This document shows positions 1 to 8,263 of a DNA stretch of 60,016 nt, piece after piece. The stretch is taken from the IMG/VR virus record IMGVR_UViG_3300045767_000001, positions 1 to 60,016 of that record, one strand, 5' to 3'. Both the position numbers and the translations under genes were made by a program. Source of the stretch: a virus (taxonomy: Duplodnaviria; Caudoviricetes). Below the pieces are notes generated by a model that was not told where the DNA came from, made no database searches, and saw only the letters and a list, made by a program, of their open reading frames with translations. Positions within the stretch are counted from its first letter, which is position 1, and the number at the start of each line of letters is the position of its first letter.

Positions 1-127
1 CCCACCCCTGTCAAGGGTCTGGCTGAAAGAATTTTGCATCTGCAGCTCGAACCGCGCCCGCCGCGCCGGCAGCTCCCAGGCTCTTCGAGGCCGCGTGGTT
101 TGTCAGCGCACACATCGCCTAAAAAAA
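1..127. repeat. Direct terminal overlap, left copy (identical to 59890..60016)
   Basis: First 127 nt match the last 127 nt exactly. 127 is a common assembler k-mer, so this indicates a circular or complete contig. Confidence 0.95.
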
Positions 128-164
128 CCCCGCCTTGCCACGCTCTAGACGTAGCAGGGCGGGG
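121..164 (-). terminator. Rho-independent terminator ending the late minus-strand transcript
   Basis: Minus strand reads CCCCGCCCTGC-TACG-loop-CGTG-GCAAGGCGGGG followed by T7. Confidence 0.75.
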
Positions 165-286
165 AGCAATGAAACTTCAGAATAGTAGTCGGTGCCCCGG
201 ACGTCAACCTTGAGGGTCGCCCTCGCAAGGAGCCCCGGAGCCAAGAGGTCTGACGGCTGAGGCTCCGGGGCTCACCCCGTGATACC

Positions 287-321
287 GGAGGGGGGCGGGC
301 TCGTACCCCGCTTCCCCTCCA
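287..321 (+). ncRNA. tRNA-like minihelix (acceptor-like stem plus T-arm-like hairpin)
   Basis: GGAGGGG pairs with CCCCTCC and stacks on GCGGG-CTCGTAC-CCCGC (5-bp stem, 7-nt T-loop-like loop); ends CTCCA. Confidence 0.35.
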
Positions 322-325
322 ACTC

Positions 326-397
326 GGCGCGGTAGCTCAATGCAGAGCACCGGACTTTCAATCCGGGAGATATTCTACTCCCTCTCGGCCACGCAGC
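326..397 (+). pseudogene. Degenerate tRNA (anticodon TTC, Glu; Lys-like body) with decayed T-arm
   Basis: GGCGCGG-TA-GCTC-AATGCA-GAGC D-arm and CCGGA-CTTTCAA-TCCGG anticodon arm are intact. There is no GTTCGA T-loop and acceptor pairing is only partial. Confidence 0.6.
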
Positions 398-819
398 TAC
401 TCGGGGAGTCCTCCGACCGGCAGCTCGGCTAGTTCCGCGGGCGTGACCTCAAGGATCTCGAACGTCGCGTCCTGCATGTCTTCGTGGCCGCCACCCGGCG
501 AAAGCGCCTTTACAGCGCCCTCGGCTTCATCGCGTGTCGTGAAGCCCGCACCGTCGCTGGCGCCGAAGTACTGCACCGTGTTCGGTTTGCCTTCATAGGT
601 GCCGGTCTCCTTGACGACGAAGCTGTTGGCGCCCGACACGTAGGTCTCCAGCGGGAGCACCATCGCCGTGATCCCCGCGTGCGCCACGATCTCCTCGGCG
701 AGCTTGGTGGCTTCCTCCCGGTCGAGCGGGGTGTCCGAGAACGCCCCTTCCGCCGGCCCGCTGTAGATGTGGGACGCCGGCGTTGCGCCCTGCTGGTAGG
801 TGTAGACAGCGTAGCCCAT
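397..819 (-). CDS. Hypothetical acidic protein
   Basis: ATG at 819 preceded by AGGAG; phage-like codon usage; 140 aa. Confidence 0.7.
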   Translation of the reverse strand: MGYAVYTYQQGATPASHIYSGPAEGAFSDTPLDREEATKLAEEIVAHAGITAMVLPLETYVSGANSFVVKETGTYEGKPNTVQYFGASDGAGFTTRDEAEGAVKALSPGGGHEDMQDATFEILEVTPAELAELPVGGLPE

Positions 820-842
820 ACTCCTGTCCTTTCGTCGGCCGG

Positions 843-1268
843 TTAGGTGCAGTCGGGCGCCGTTTCCCACGCCTCCGGGTCCACGCGCCACAGCGCACGG
901 AAGGCCAGCGTCTCTTCTTTCAGGCTGCCTTCCCATGGGATCTTGCGTTCCCTTACGCCCGCCATTCGGGCAGCCTCGTTGTAGGTAGCTGGCAAGAACT
1001 GATACCAGCCGTAATCGTTCCCGTTCGACGCCCAGCGATCGTCGCCGGACTCGTGCCAGACGATGCAGCGTTCAAGCGTCCCGAGCGAGAAGCGCCTCCG
1101 GTGTCTGCGGCGGCCCGTGTCCCCGCTTGTGGGCGTCCGTGTCCCACAGAATCCCTTGTAGCAGAGCGGGATTCCGGGATTGCGAGGCGGCTGCTGTCCG
1201 TCGGCGTGTCCCAGGGTGTGTCCCGGGGCCGGGACATTTACGGGCGCGATCAGCAGCCCGATTGTCAA
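843..1268 (-). CDS. Secreted transglycosylase-like (Rpf/lysozyme-fold) protein
   Basis: CIVWHESG...NG..YGWYQF..TY motif; hydrophobic N-terminus; start uncertain. Confidence 0.6.
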   Translation of the reverse strand: MTIGLLIAPVNVPAPGHTLGHADGQQPPRNPGIPLCYKGFCGTRTPTSGDTGRRRHRRRFSLGTLERCIVWHESGDDRWASNGNDYGWYQFLPATYNEAARMAGVRERKIPWEGSLKEETLAFRALWRVDPEAWETAPDCT

Positions 1269-1376
1269 CGTGAGTGCGAGTATCCATCGAACCTCCCGAC
1301 TCGTTCAGGCTCGCCCGCTGGGCGGCCAGGACTGCGCCCACCATCGACGCCTTCCGAGCATGTCGCTCGGGCGAGA

Positions 1377-1382
1377 TAGAAT
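1377..1382 (+). promoter_or_regulatory. -10 element for the tRNA-nucleotidyltransferase unit
   Basis: TAGAAT 7 nt upstream of the tRNA 5' end. Confidence 0.5.
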
Positions 1383-1389
1383 CCGGCAC

Positions 1390-1462
1390 AGCGGAGTGGA
1401 GCAGTTGGTAGCTCGTCGGGCCCATAACCCGAAGGTCGCTGGTTCGAGTCCAGCCTCCGCCA
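1390..1462 (+). tRNA. Initiator tRNA-fMet(CAT), CCA not encoded
   Basis: Full cloverleaf; A1:C72 mismatch; three G-C pairs closing the anticodon loop (GGG/CCC); GGTTCGAGTCC T-arm; loop CCCATAA. Confidence 0.92.
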
Positions 1463-1463
1463 T

Positions 1464-2249
1464 ATGGCAATCCCGAAGTACATCGTCGAACAGAACCCCG
1501 GGATCGGGGAGTGGTGTGTCCTGCACGGCTGGCGCGGGTCCGTTGCCCACGGCATGTACGAGCCGCCCGAGAACCCCGACAGCATCGATGACAAGGACAC
1601 GATGGCAATCTGCGTGCCCCAGCTCGACCACTACTACGGGCTGAGCGAGTTCGGCACCCACGGCACCCGGGAGATCAAGCAGGGCGAGTGGGACATTGTC
1701 GTCTACGAGGCACGCAAGGCCGTCCGGATGCTGAGCCAGGGCAACCCGAACATCCTTAGCCTGCTGTGGCTCCCTGAGAACGGGTACATCCAGCGCACCC
1801 CGGCCGGTGACCTTCTCGTTGAGAACCGGGACGCGTTCCTCGGCCGCCATGTCTACCAGTCCTTCGTCGGCTACGCCAAGGGCCAGTTCCACAAAATGAC
1901 CCATGGCGCGTATCGGGGCTACATGGGCGAGAAGCGCAAGGAAATCGTCGCCCGTTACGGCTACGACACCAAGAACGCCGCCCACCTAATCCGGCTGCTG
2001 CGGGTCGGTATCGAGCTCCTGCACGACGGCTATCTACGGGTAGACCGCGGCGGCCTCGACGCGACCGAGCTGCTGGACATCAAGCACGGCAAGTGGACAC
2101 TCGGCCAAGTACAGGATGAGGCCATGGTGCTATTCCGCCGCGCCGAAGAAGCCTACGACTGTTCCAGTCTCCCGGCCGCCTCGGACCGCGAGCGCATCAA
2201 CGACCTGTGTGTTGCTGTCGTTTCCGATGCGCTGAGCGCTTCTGTCTGA
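1464..2249 (+). CDS. Pol-beta superfamily nucleotidyltransferase (RlaP/YcgL/T4 NrdC.11-like, Nuc-transf)
   Basis: GSVAHG...DDKD motif, D-x-V-x-YE-x-x-K, GNPNIL and GYDTKNAAHLIRLL are family-typical. Confidence 0.85.
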   Translation: MAIPKYIVEQNPGIGEWCVLHGWRGSVAHGMYEPPENPDSIDDKDTMAICVPQLDHYYGLSEFGTHGTREIKQGEWDIVVYEARKAVRMLSQGNPNILSLLWLPENGYIQRTPAGDLLVENRDAFLGRHVYQSFVGYAKGQFHKMTHGAYRGYMGEKRKEIVARYGYDTKNAAHLIRLLRVGIELLHDGYLRVDRGGLDATELLDIKHGKWTLGQVQDEAMVLFRRAEEAYDCSSLPAASDRERINDLCVAVVSDALSASV

Positions 2250-2304
2250 GATCACCTCGGCATCCACGCGGGGCGGTGAAGGGCCGTCCGTGGCCCAGCG
2301 ACGC

Positions 2305-2628
2305 CTACTCTGCGGCTTCGGTTCCAGCCTTCAGCGCGTTTGTGACCGCTGAGACTTTTTCGGCCAGCGAGTCCACTTCGGCTTCCGAGATCGACCCGGC
2401 CTTCAGTTCCGTGACCTCCGTGGCGAGAGCGGCAAGCTCCGCGACGGCGGCTGTCTCTGCGCCTTCGAGTGCTGCGACATCGGCGGCGAGTGCTTCGATT
2501 GCTGCGGACATGGTTTCGATCCTTTCGATCAGGGTTTCGAGTTCGCTGCCACAGAAGACGGCACCGAGGTGCCCGCGCCGCGCAGGGCTTCGGTCTAGCT
2601 GCCGGTTGGTTGGTTTACGACGGAACAT
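2305..2628 (-). CDS. Small coiled-coil protein
   Basis: ATG overlaps the upstream stop; heptad Ala/Glu/Leu pattern. Confidence 0.55.
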   Translation of the reverse strand: MFRRKPTNRQLDRSPARRGHLGAVFCGSELETLIERIETMSAAIEALAADVAALEGAETAAVAELAALATEVTELKAGSISEAEVDSLAEKVSAVTNALKAGTEAAE

Positions 2629-3674
2629 CAGGTCACCGGCACCGTGAACGTGTCCACAGCCGGGGTCACATTGCCCTGCGCGTCCACGCCGATGTACTCG
2701 CCGGCGATCGACGAGGTCGTGACAGTGAGCCGGAGATACCCCCACTGGGTGGCGTCGAACGCGCGCAGCACAATCCCCGGCGCGACCTGCATCCCGGGCG
2801 TCGCGTCCGAGGCCATCGCGTGAAGGTTCCGGTATCCCGATGCGCCGCAGACGATGTGCGGGAGGATCTTGCCGTCAAACGCGGTCATCGTCCGCTCGAA
2901 GTACTGGAAATCGTGCACATGGCCTGAGAGCACGAGATCCGGGCACCGGCCCGCGGCGGTGTACGCTTCGTCGAGCATCGTGCCCATCTGCTGCGAGCCG
3001 CCGTGCCGCGCGTCGCAGCTCAGCGGCGGATGGTGCAGGGCGACGATGAGCGCGACGCCATGAGGCGCGGCCTTCAGCTCGCCGACGAGCCACTCACGCT
3101 GGTCGGGCTCCACGACGCCGCCGGAGGGCACGTTTGTCGCCAGGCCGATCACCGTCAGCAGCGGATCGGTCAGCGTCCAGAAGGCGTTGGGCTGGGTCAT
3201 TGTGTCCCTGTGGAACTCGGCCATCTCGGGCAGCAGTTCGGGCTTCGTCGCGCCGAGGTAGCGCATGAAGTTCGCGTAGCTGAACGCGTCGTGGTTGCCG
3301 CTGATCCCCATCAGCGCGCGGTTGTATTCGGCGTACGCCTCGAAGACCTGGGTGACCCACGCCTGCTCTTCTGATTCGTAGTAGGCCCAGTCACCGACGT
3401 GGTAGGCGAACTCGACGCCGTTGGAGAGGTCGGCGATCATCGCCTTGATCACGTCGATCTGCGGGTTCGGATCAGTGATCCCTCCTGAATCTCCAAGCAC
3501 GTGGAGTATGCGGACCGATGGGTTGAGATCCTCGACGACGTCGGCGAGCGCCAGGCGGTACGGCGCGGGCCCGGTGGGTGCAGGCAGTGCGTGAAAGCCT
3601 TCGTCGGTGGCGAGCGTCTGGTCCTTCTGGACCTGCTCGCGCGCTGTGGACGGGGCGATGCCAAGGCGTCTCAT
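2628..3674 (-). CDS. Calcineurin-like metallophosphoesterase (purple acid phosphatase-like)
   Basis: GDSG, GDWAY, GNHD, HH and GHVH metal-binding motifs. Confidence 0.88.
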   Translation of the reverse strand: MRRLGIAPSTAREQVQKDQTLATDEGFHALPAPTGPAPYRLALADVVEDLNPSVRILHVLGDSGGITDPNPQIDVIKAMIADLSNGVEFAYHVGDWAYYESEEQAWVTQVFEAYAEYNRALMGISGNHDAFSYANFMRYLGATKPELLPEMAEFHRDTMTQPNAFWTLTDPLLTVIGLATNVPSGGVVEPDQREWLVGELKAAPHGVALIVALHHPPLSCDARHGGSQQMGTMLDEAYTAAGRCPDLVLSGHVHDFQYFERTMTAFDGKILPHIVCGASGYRNLHAMASDATPGMQVAPGIVLRAFDATQWGYLRLTVTTSSIAGEYIGVDAQGNVTPAVDTFTVPVT

Positions 3675-3676
3675 CG

Positions 3677-4408
3677 CTAGACCTTCGCCAAGTCGACTTT
3701 GAGGGCTTCGAGGTCGATCCCGAGCGCGTCACCCTTCGCCTGCACCATCTCCTCGGACAGGATCACCCAAGCCTCGTCGAGGAAGTGCGCAAGGAACGAC
3801 GCCTCAAGCACCGCGATACCGCCCCACGTCGCACAGTGCAGGCCGCCGTTTGGGCCGTAGCCCAAGGCGGCGACACAGTGGCCGCCCTCGATCGGACTGC
3901 CGTCGACATACGTCCACGGTTCGCCGTTGGAGAACTGCATTTGCGCCGATTCGGGGCATTCGATGCCGAGGTAGCAGCCGCCGTAGAACGCGACCGCCTG
4001 GTGCAGCTCGAGCAGATCCTTCGGGTTCACCGGAGCGTAGGCGGCGATCTTGTTGCCGAACAGTCCCGTCGTCTGCCAGGTCTTCAGCACGCCGGACTCT
4101 TCCAACCCCGTGTCTTCTCCGCCGGTGAGGCTGAAGTAGGTCTGAACGATGTCCGTTTCGTCGGGGATCGCGTCTTTCTGCCCCGTCTCTAGGTTCCACG
4201 CTTCGAGTAGGTGCGACACGCCGGCGATCGTGCAGTCGCCGTAGGTGGCGTTCCCGTCGATCGGGTAGAGACCACCGAGGTTGTGCTGTCCCGGGACTTC
4301 GCGTGTGGCGGGCGGGTTCGGCAACGGTCCGGCCGCGTAGACCGACAGGTCCTTGAGGGCGGCTGGTCGTGTCGCCGGGAGCCGCCCGAGCTTGAAGCGT
4401 GAAGCCAT
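3677..4408 (-). CDS. Papain-like cysteine peptidase
   Basis: N..YGDCTIAG catalytic Cys region, GGHCV..LGY His motif, TWG; ATG 4408 with GGAGG RBS. Confidence 0.7.
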   Translation of the reverse strand: MASRFKLGRLPATRPAALKDLSVYAAGPLPNPPATREVPGQHNLGGLYPIDGNATYGDCTIAGVSHLLEAWNLETGQKDAIPDETDIVQTYFSLTGGEDTGLEESGVLKTWQTTGLFGNKIAAYAPVNPKDLLELHQAVAFYGGCYLGIECPESAQMQFSNGEPWTYVDGSPIEGGHCVAALGYGPNGGLHCATWGGIAVLEASFLAHFLDEAWVILSEEMVQAKGDALGIDLEALKVDLAKV

Positions 4409-4441
4409 TTTGGCCTCCTTCTCGTTGAGTACAATCGATGA

Positions 4442-4864
4442 ATGGAATGGCCGAAGGGCAAGAAGCGCTCGCCCGAGGAACGCGATCGAATCAGCGCCGG
4501 GCTGAAAGGCAGCCCGGCGCGCGTAGCCTACCACAAGCGTCGTAAGGGAGACGGCGACCGACTACGCACAAGCCCGCGAGCCATCGCGCAGCGAGCTCAT
4601 ATCAACGCCCCCGAGAGAAAGGCTGGCCCGAACAACCCCGCCTGGAAGGGCGACGATGCCGGGTACCTCGCAATGCACGAACGGGTTTACCGAGCGCGTG
4701 GCAGCGCGAGCGTCTATCCCTGCGAGCACTGTGGCGACGCCGAGCGAAAGCATCACTGGGCATCGGTGTCGGGGAACTACGCCGATGTCAACGACTTCAT
4801 TCCCCTATGCGTGCCGTGCCACTCGACCTTCGACTGTGCGAATCGGCGCCAGCGAGCTACTTGA
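4442..4864 (+). CDS. HNH-type homing endonuclease (NUMOD3-like plus His-Me finger)
   Basis: NPAWKGD..GY.AMH, CEHCG, HHWA, LCVPCH; TACAAT -10 lies 6 nt before the ATG; inserted antisense in the lysis region. Confidence 0.75.
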   Translation: MEWPKGKKRSPEERDRISAGLKGSPARVAYHKRRKGDGDRLRTSPRAIAQRAHINAPERKAGPNNPAWKGDDAGYLAMHERVYRARGSASVYPCEHCGDAERKHHWASVSGNYADVNDFIPLCVPCHSTFDCANRRQRAT

Positions 4865-4997
4865 GCCGGGCTGACTTGCCCGCCTTGACGAGCGCCGGTC
4901 GGATGTCCGTGGCGTAGTGGACCCCGGAGAACGGGTTGGCGGGGAGCTTGCCGAGATGCAGCTCGGCGTTGAGGCGCTCGCTGTGAAGGGTCAGCAT

Positions 4998-5204
4998 CTA
5001 CTTGATCTCCCCGCCGCGACCGGCCGCTGCGAGCGAGTGTCCTTTGATCTCGTTGGCGATCACGAACACCGCGGCAAGGATCGTCGGGACGGCCGCCACG
5101 ATCACCTGTGCGGTGGTGCCGCTGAATGCTCCGAGGCCGACTGCGACGCTGATAGCCGAGACGACGAGGCCGCCGATGGCTGCTTCGAGGGTGGTGAACA
5201 TCAC
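4998..5204 (-). CDS. Putative holin
   Basis: 68 aa, two hydrophobic helices, located in the lysis cluster. Confidence 0.55.
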   Translation of the reverse strand: MMFTTLEAAIGGLVVSAISVAVGLGAFSGTTAQVIVAAVPTILAAVFVIANEIKGHSLAAAGRGGEIK

Positions 5205-5533
5205 TGCTCCTTTTTGGTGGGATGGTCGAGGGTTGCGTTGTGGCCGTGCTTCGCCGCACGGGCGATGCTCTCGGCCGTCACAGGTCCTTGGCGGTGAGGA
5301 TGATGGGCCTTACACGCGACGTGCGAAGTTCCCTCGACGCGCTTACCGAGGCGTTTGCACCCATCGACATGGCAGTTCACGTGATGCCAGTACAGACCGA
5401 ACCCGGCGATCACCGAGCCGAGGATCGCGGTGTCGCCGCCGATCGAGCTGTTCGCCGCATACCAGCGTCCGCTCTCGGGCCAGTAGAGCCCTTCGAACCA
5501 GCCGAGGAAATGCGGCAGAGCGGTGAGGATCAC
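5201..5533 (-). CDS. Membrane protein with Cys/His-rich tail
   Basis: TM segment then CHVDGC...ACKAHH; GTG with GGAG RBS. Confidence 0.6.
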   Translation of the reverse strand: MILTALPHFLGWFEGLYWPESGRWYAANSSIGGDTAILGSVIAGFGLYWHHVNCHVDGCKRLGKRVEGTSHVACKAHHPHRQGPVTAESIARAAKHGHNATLDHPTKKEQ

Positions 5534-5739
5534 GTCTCCTCCTCGATGCCGAGATGCCGGTGTGTCTTGTGCTGTGCCGCCATCACCTCGGCGTGCCGGC
5601 GCCTTGCGGGCTTGACGAGATGGTGATGCCCGAGCCACGACAGCACGACGGTCACTCCGACGCCGCACGCGAACCCGATCAGGACTTCACGGGGCCCTTC
5701 GTGGCTGAAGCTGTAGATCAGGGTGGCGATGGATGTCAC
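5530..5739 (-). CDS. Small membrane protein
   Basis: One TM helix; GTGA overlap coupling. Confidence 0.55.
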   Translation of the reverse strand: MTSIATLIYSFSHEGPREVLIGFACGVGVTVVLSWLGHHHLVKPARRRHAEVMAAQHKTHRHLGIEEET

Positions 5740-6704
5740 CGCAGTTTTCGTTCGAGCTGGCTGATCTGCTTGTCCACCTGCCTGCCTTGAGGGACCCAAA
5801 CGCCATAACAGGCGTGCCGGTACGCGGCCGTGTTCGGCGTCGGGTGCGGCTCGGGTGGGTTCCGACACCCGTGCTTGGCCTCCAACGCCCGGAGCGTGAA
5901 CCGCAGCTTTCGGTCGGCGTGGAGCTCTTTCTCGAGCTGCCCACGTGTCGGCGCGGGTTTCTTGGCGCGCTGGATGATCCCCTCGTTCACGTCGAGGTCG
6001 GTCCGCACTCCGAACCGGAAGCACGTGCCACAGGATTGCCAGAGGACGACCGCGCTCGATGGGTAGCCCGCGAACGCATACGGCCTCGGGATCTCCCACT
6101 CCGATGGCCACAGCAGGCCCTCACAGTGCCTTCCGGTGTACATGCCGGGGGCGCTGAATAGCCCGTAGATGTAGCTGCCGCTCGCTCTCGCCTGGGCGGT
6201 GTAGGAGCAGGAGTGTTCGTAGGCGCCGGGGACCTCGGCGTCGAACCACAAGCCGAGCGTGCGGCCACGGTCCTCGGTCAGATCGTTCGCATACTGGGCC
6301 TCGGAGGCGCCGGACACGCCGGGCTCCCCAAACGTGTACGCCCCCCACGGCACACCGTGACGCTCAGCATCGTGGATCTGGCTGTAGAGCGACGGCTCGC
6401 GGTTCAGCCCGAAGTTGGCCTGGATGATCACACAGTGCAGACCGGCTGTTGCGGGTTCGCTGCCCTGGTAGATCGACCAGTCAGCGCACGCCTCACCAGT
6501 CGGGGAGACGAGCGTCGGCGCTATGCTCGGGGCCGTTGTGGGCTGTGGCACCCCGAAGTGGCAGGCCACCAGTTCGCCCATCTCTGGCATCGCACGTGGA
6601 TGGCAGGTGCTCGCCGGCCGGGAGACCACTGGAGGAGAGGGAGAGTGGCCTCCGCAGCCGGCGATTAGCGCGGCGCACAGCGCCGCCAAGACGAGGCGTT
6701 TCAT
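5736..6704 (-). CDS. Endolysin, GH25 muramidase-like, with lipoprotein signal
   Basis: DWSIYQG, WGAYTF, WFDAE, LWQ and DLD motifs; MKR-hydrophobic-LIAGC lipobox. Confidence 0.72.
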   Translation of the reverse strand: MKRLVLAALCAALIAGCGGHSPSPPVVSRPASTCHPRAMPEMGELVACHFGVPQPTTAPSIAPTLVSPTGEACADWSIYQGSEPATAGLHCVIIQANFGLNREPSLYSQIHDAERHGVPWGAYTFGEPGVSGASEAQYANDLTEDRGRTLGLWFDAEVPGAYEHSCSYTAQARASGSYIYGLFSAPGMYTGRHCEGLLWPSEWEIPRPYAFAGYPSSAVVLWQSCGTCFRFGVRTDLDVNEGIIQRAKKPAPTRGQLEKELHADRKLRFTLRALEAKHGCRNPPEPHPTPNTAAYRHACYGVWVPQGRQVDKQISQLERKLR

Positions 6705-6836
6705 GCGACCCCCAAATGGTTGGGCGGATCTGGAGCTATTTGGATTTCGGCGGGGAGCATCAGCGGTCAGGACACGGACGGGCGACGGGAGGAGGGAGTG
6801 ACCCAGCCCGTGCCCGCAGTTGGTTTCAGCCGCGGG

Positions 6837-7343
6837 TCAGCCGTGAACAAGCAGAACGATGAGAACCCCGAACGCGCCGATCGCGGCAAGCGTCGTCAAC
6901 GCCTTGGCGTAAAAGTCGGCTGAGCCCTCGCCTTGGGATTCGTGGCGCTCCACGATCTGTAGCCGGCGGTCAACTTCACGCTGGCGCAGTTCGGCCTCCG
7001 CACGCGGATAGAACGTTTCGGCCTGGTCGCGGAGCTGGCCACGAAACTCGTTGCCCTTCGCGTTCACATCCTTCTGCGCCTCCTCGGCCTTCACGATCGC
7101 CTGCTGAGAAGCATCGGTGATCAACTGCATCTCCCGGCGGAGTCCTTCGCGGGCCTCGCGCTCAGAGCCGACGCGCTGCACGTTGAGCTTCTCCGAAGAC
7201 TCCAACGCCGCCTGTACCGCGTCGGCGGTGACCTGGGCGGCTTTCTCACGCTCACGGTCCGCTTTCTCCTGGGCGCGGTCCTGCTCCTCCATCCTCGCTT
7301 CGATACGCCCCAGCCGCTCCGTGTCACCGTGCTCGGCCACCAC
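6837..7343 (-). CDS. Coiled-coil protein with C-terminal TM (lysis-region accessory)
   Basis: Long coiled coil and a C-terminal hydrophobic helix. Confidence 0.65.
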   Translation of the reverse strand: MVAEHGDTERLGRIEARMEEQDRAQEKADREREKAAQVTADAVQAALESSEKLNVQRVGSEREAREGLRREMQLITDASQQAIVKAEEAQKDVNAKGNEFRGQLRDQAETFYPRAEAELRQREVDRRLQIVERHESQGEGSADFYAKALTTLAAIGAFGVLIVLLVHG

Positions 7344-7350
7344 GCCTCCT

Positions 7351-7728
7351 TCAGTGCGGGATCACATGCGACACGTAGAGGGCCGCCAAGCCAGCAGTCG
7401 TCAGCAGGGCGCTCACCGCAACGAACACAAGCCCCTGCCGCCAGCTCAACGCACTGGCCTTCTTTTTCGCCACCTGGTCTTCCCGGTCAGCGATCAACGC
7501 AAGCTGGCTCGTATGCTCATCGGCCGTCGAGGCGACCTCCGCGACCTTCTCCGAGATCTCGCCCAGCACCTCCGTGTTCGCACGGTGGCGTTCGTCGCTG
7601 CGCCGGTCCTGCTGGTCGAAACGCTCGATCAGCTCCGGCATCCCCGCGATTCGAGCGATCAAGCCCGCAGCCATAGCCACCCTAGATCCGCTTGAACAGG
7701 TAGACACCCGCAAGGACCAGCACAACAA
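7351..7728 (-). CDS. Membrane-anchored coiled-coil protein (start possibly 7674)
   Basis: C-terminal TM helix; sits before the lysis genes. Confidence 0.55.
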   Translation of the reverse strand: MLCWSLRVSTCSSGSRVAMAAGLIARIAGMPELIERFDQQDRRSDERHRANTEVLGEISEKVAEVASTADEHTSQLALIADREDQVAKKKASALSWRQGLVFVAVSALLTTAGLAALYVSHVIPH

Positions 7729-7805
7729 CGATCAGGACGTAGACGAGCATGCGGTCTCCTTGCGGTGGATTCCAGGGGCTGGACTGGTCTGGTACTCTGC
7801 GCGCC

Positions 7806-8132
7806 ATGCACCTCGGAGGTAGCATCGAGAGCAAGCACGGGATAGACGAGCCCAGATATGAGTACAGCGAGGCTGATCGCCCAGGGCGGCGCCCGAAGGA
7901 GTGGAGTCACAGCCTGAGCTTCGTTGAGGTCGCGGCAGCCTTCCTGCTGCCGATATCAAGTCTCGGCTTCGCAATCTGGCGGTTCGGGCGCGGAGATATC
8001 GGCCCAGCGTTTGCCAATCTGCTTCTGGGAGCCGTTGGCTTTGTGGTGGGTATCGTGGTACTCACGGCCGTGTTCTCTAGTCATTCGCCTGCCGGTTCCC
8101 CACCGTCACACATATGTTCACTAGGTATGTAG
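7806..8132 (+). CDS. Small 2-TM membrane protein, paralogue A (moron)
   Basis: GSIE..HG.D.P.Y and LLPI...AIWRFGRGD.GP shared with 12542..12814; TACTCT lies 7 nt before the ATG. Confidence 0.7.
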   Translation: MHLGGSIESKHGIDEPRYEYSEADRPGRRPKEWSHSLSFVEVAAAFLLPISSLGFAIWRFGRGDIGPAFANLLLGAVGFVVGIVVLTAVFSSHSPAGSPPSHICSLGM

Positions 8133-8263
8133 ATACGATAGCATTGGCTGTCCGTGACAGGGCAGCGCGTGGAGCTTTCGGCTCCGTTTCGGTCTGCATG
8201 CCCGTGGGATGTGTGGAGGTGCTGCCAGGGATGCGCTAGGAGCGCGTGTTGCCCCGCTTCCCC

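Noticed and set aside
350-366. Opal/Sec suppressor (TCA) reading of the pseudo-tRNA
   Set aside because: The 7-nt loop places TTC at 34-36, and genes end normally at TGA with no sign of recoding.
8140-8210. Riboswitch or ribozyme in the GAAA-loop hairpins
   Set aside because: Short hairpins only; I could not match conserved cores of the c-di-GMP or hammerhead motifs.
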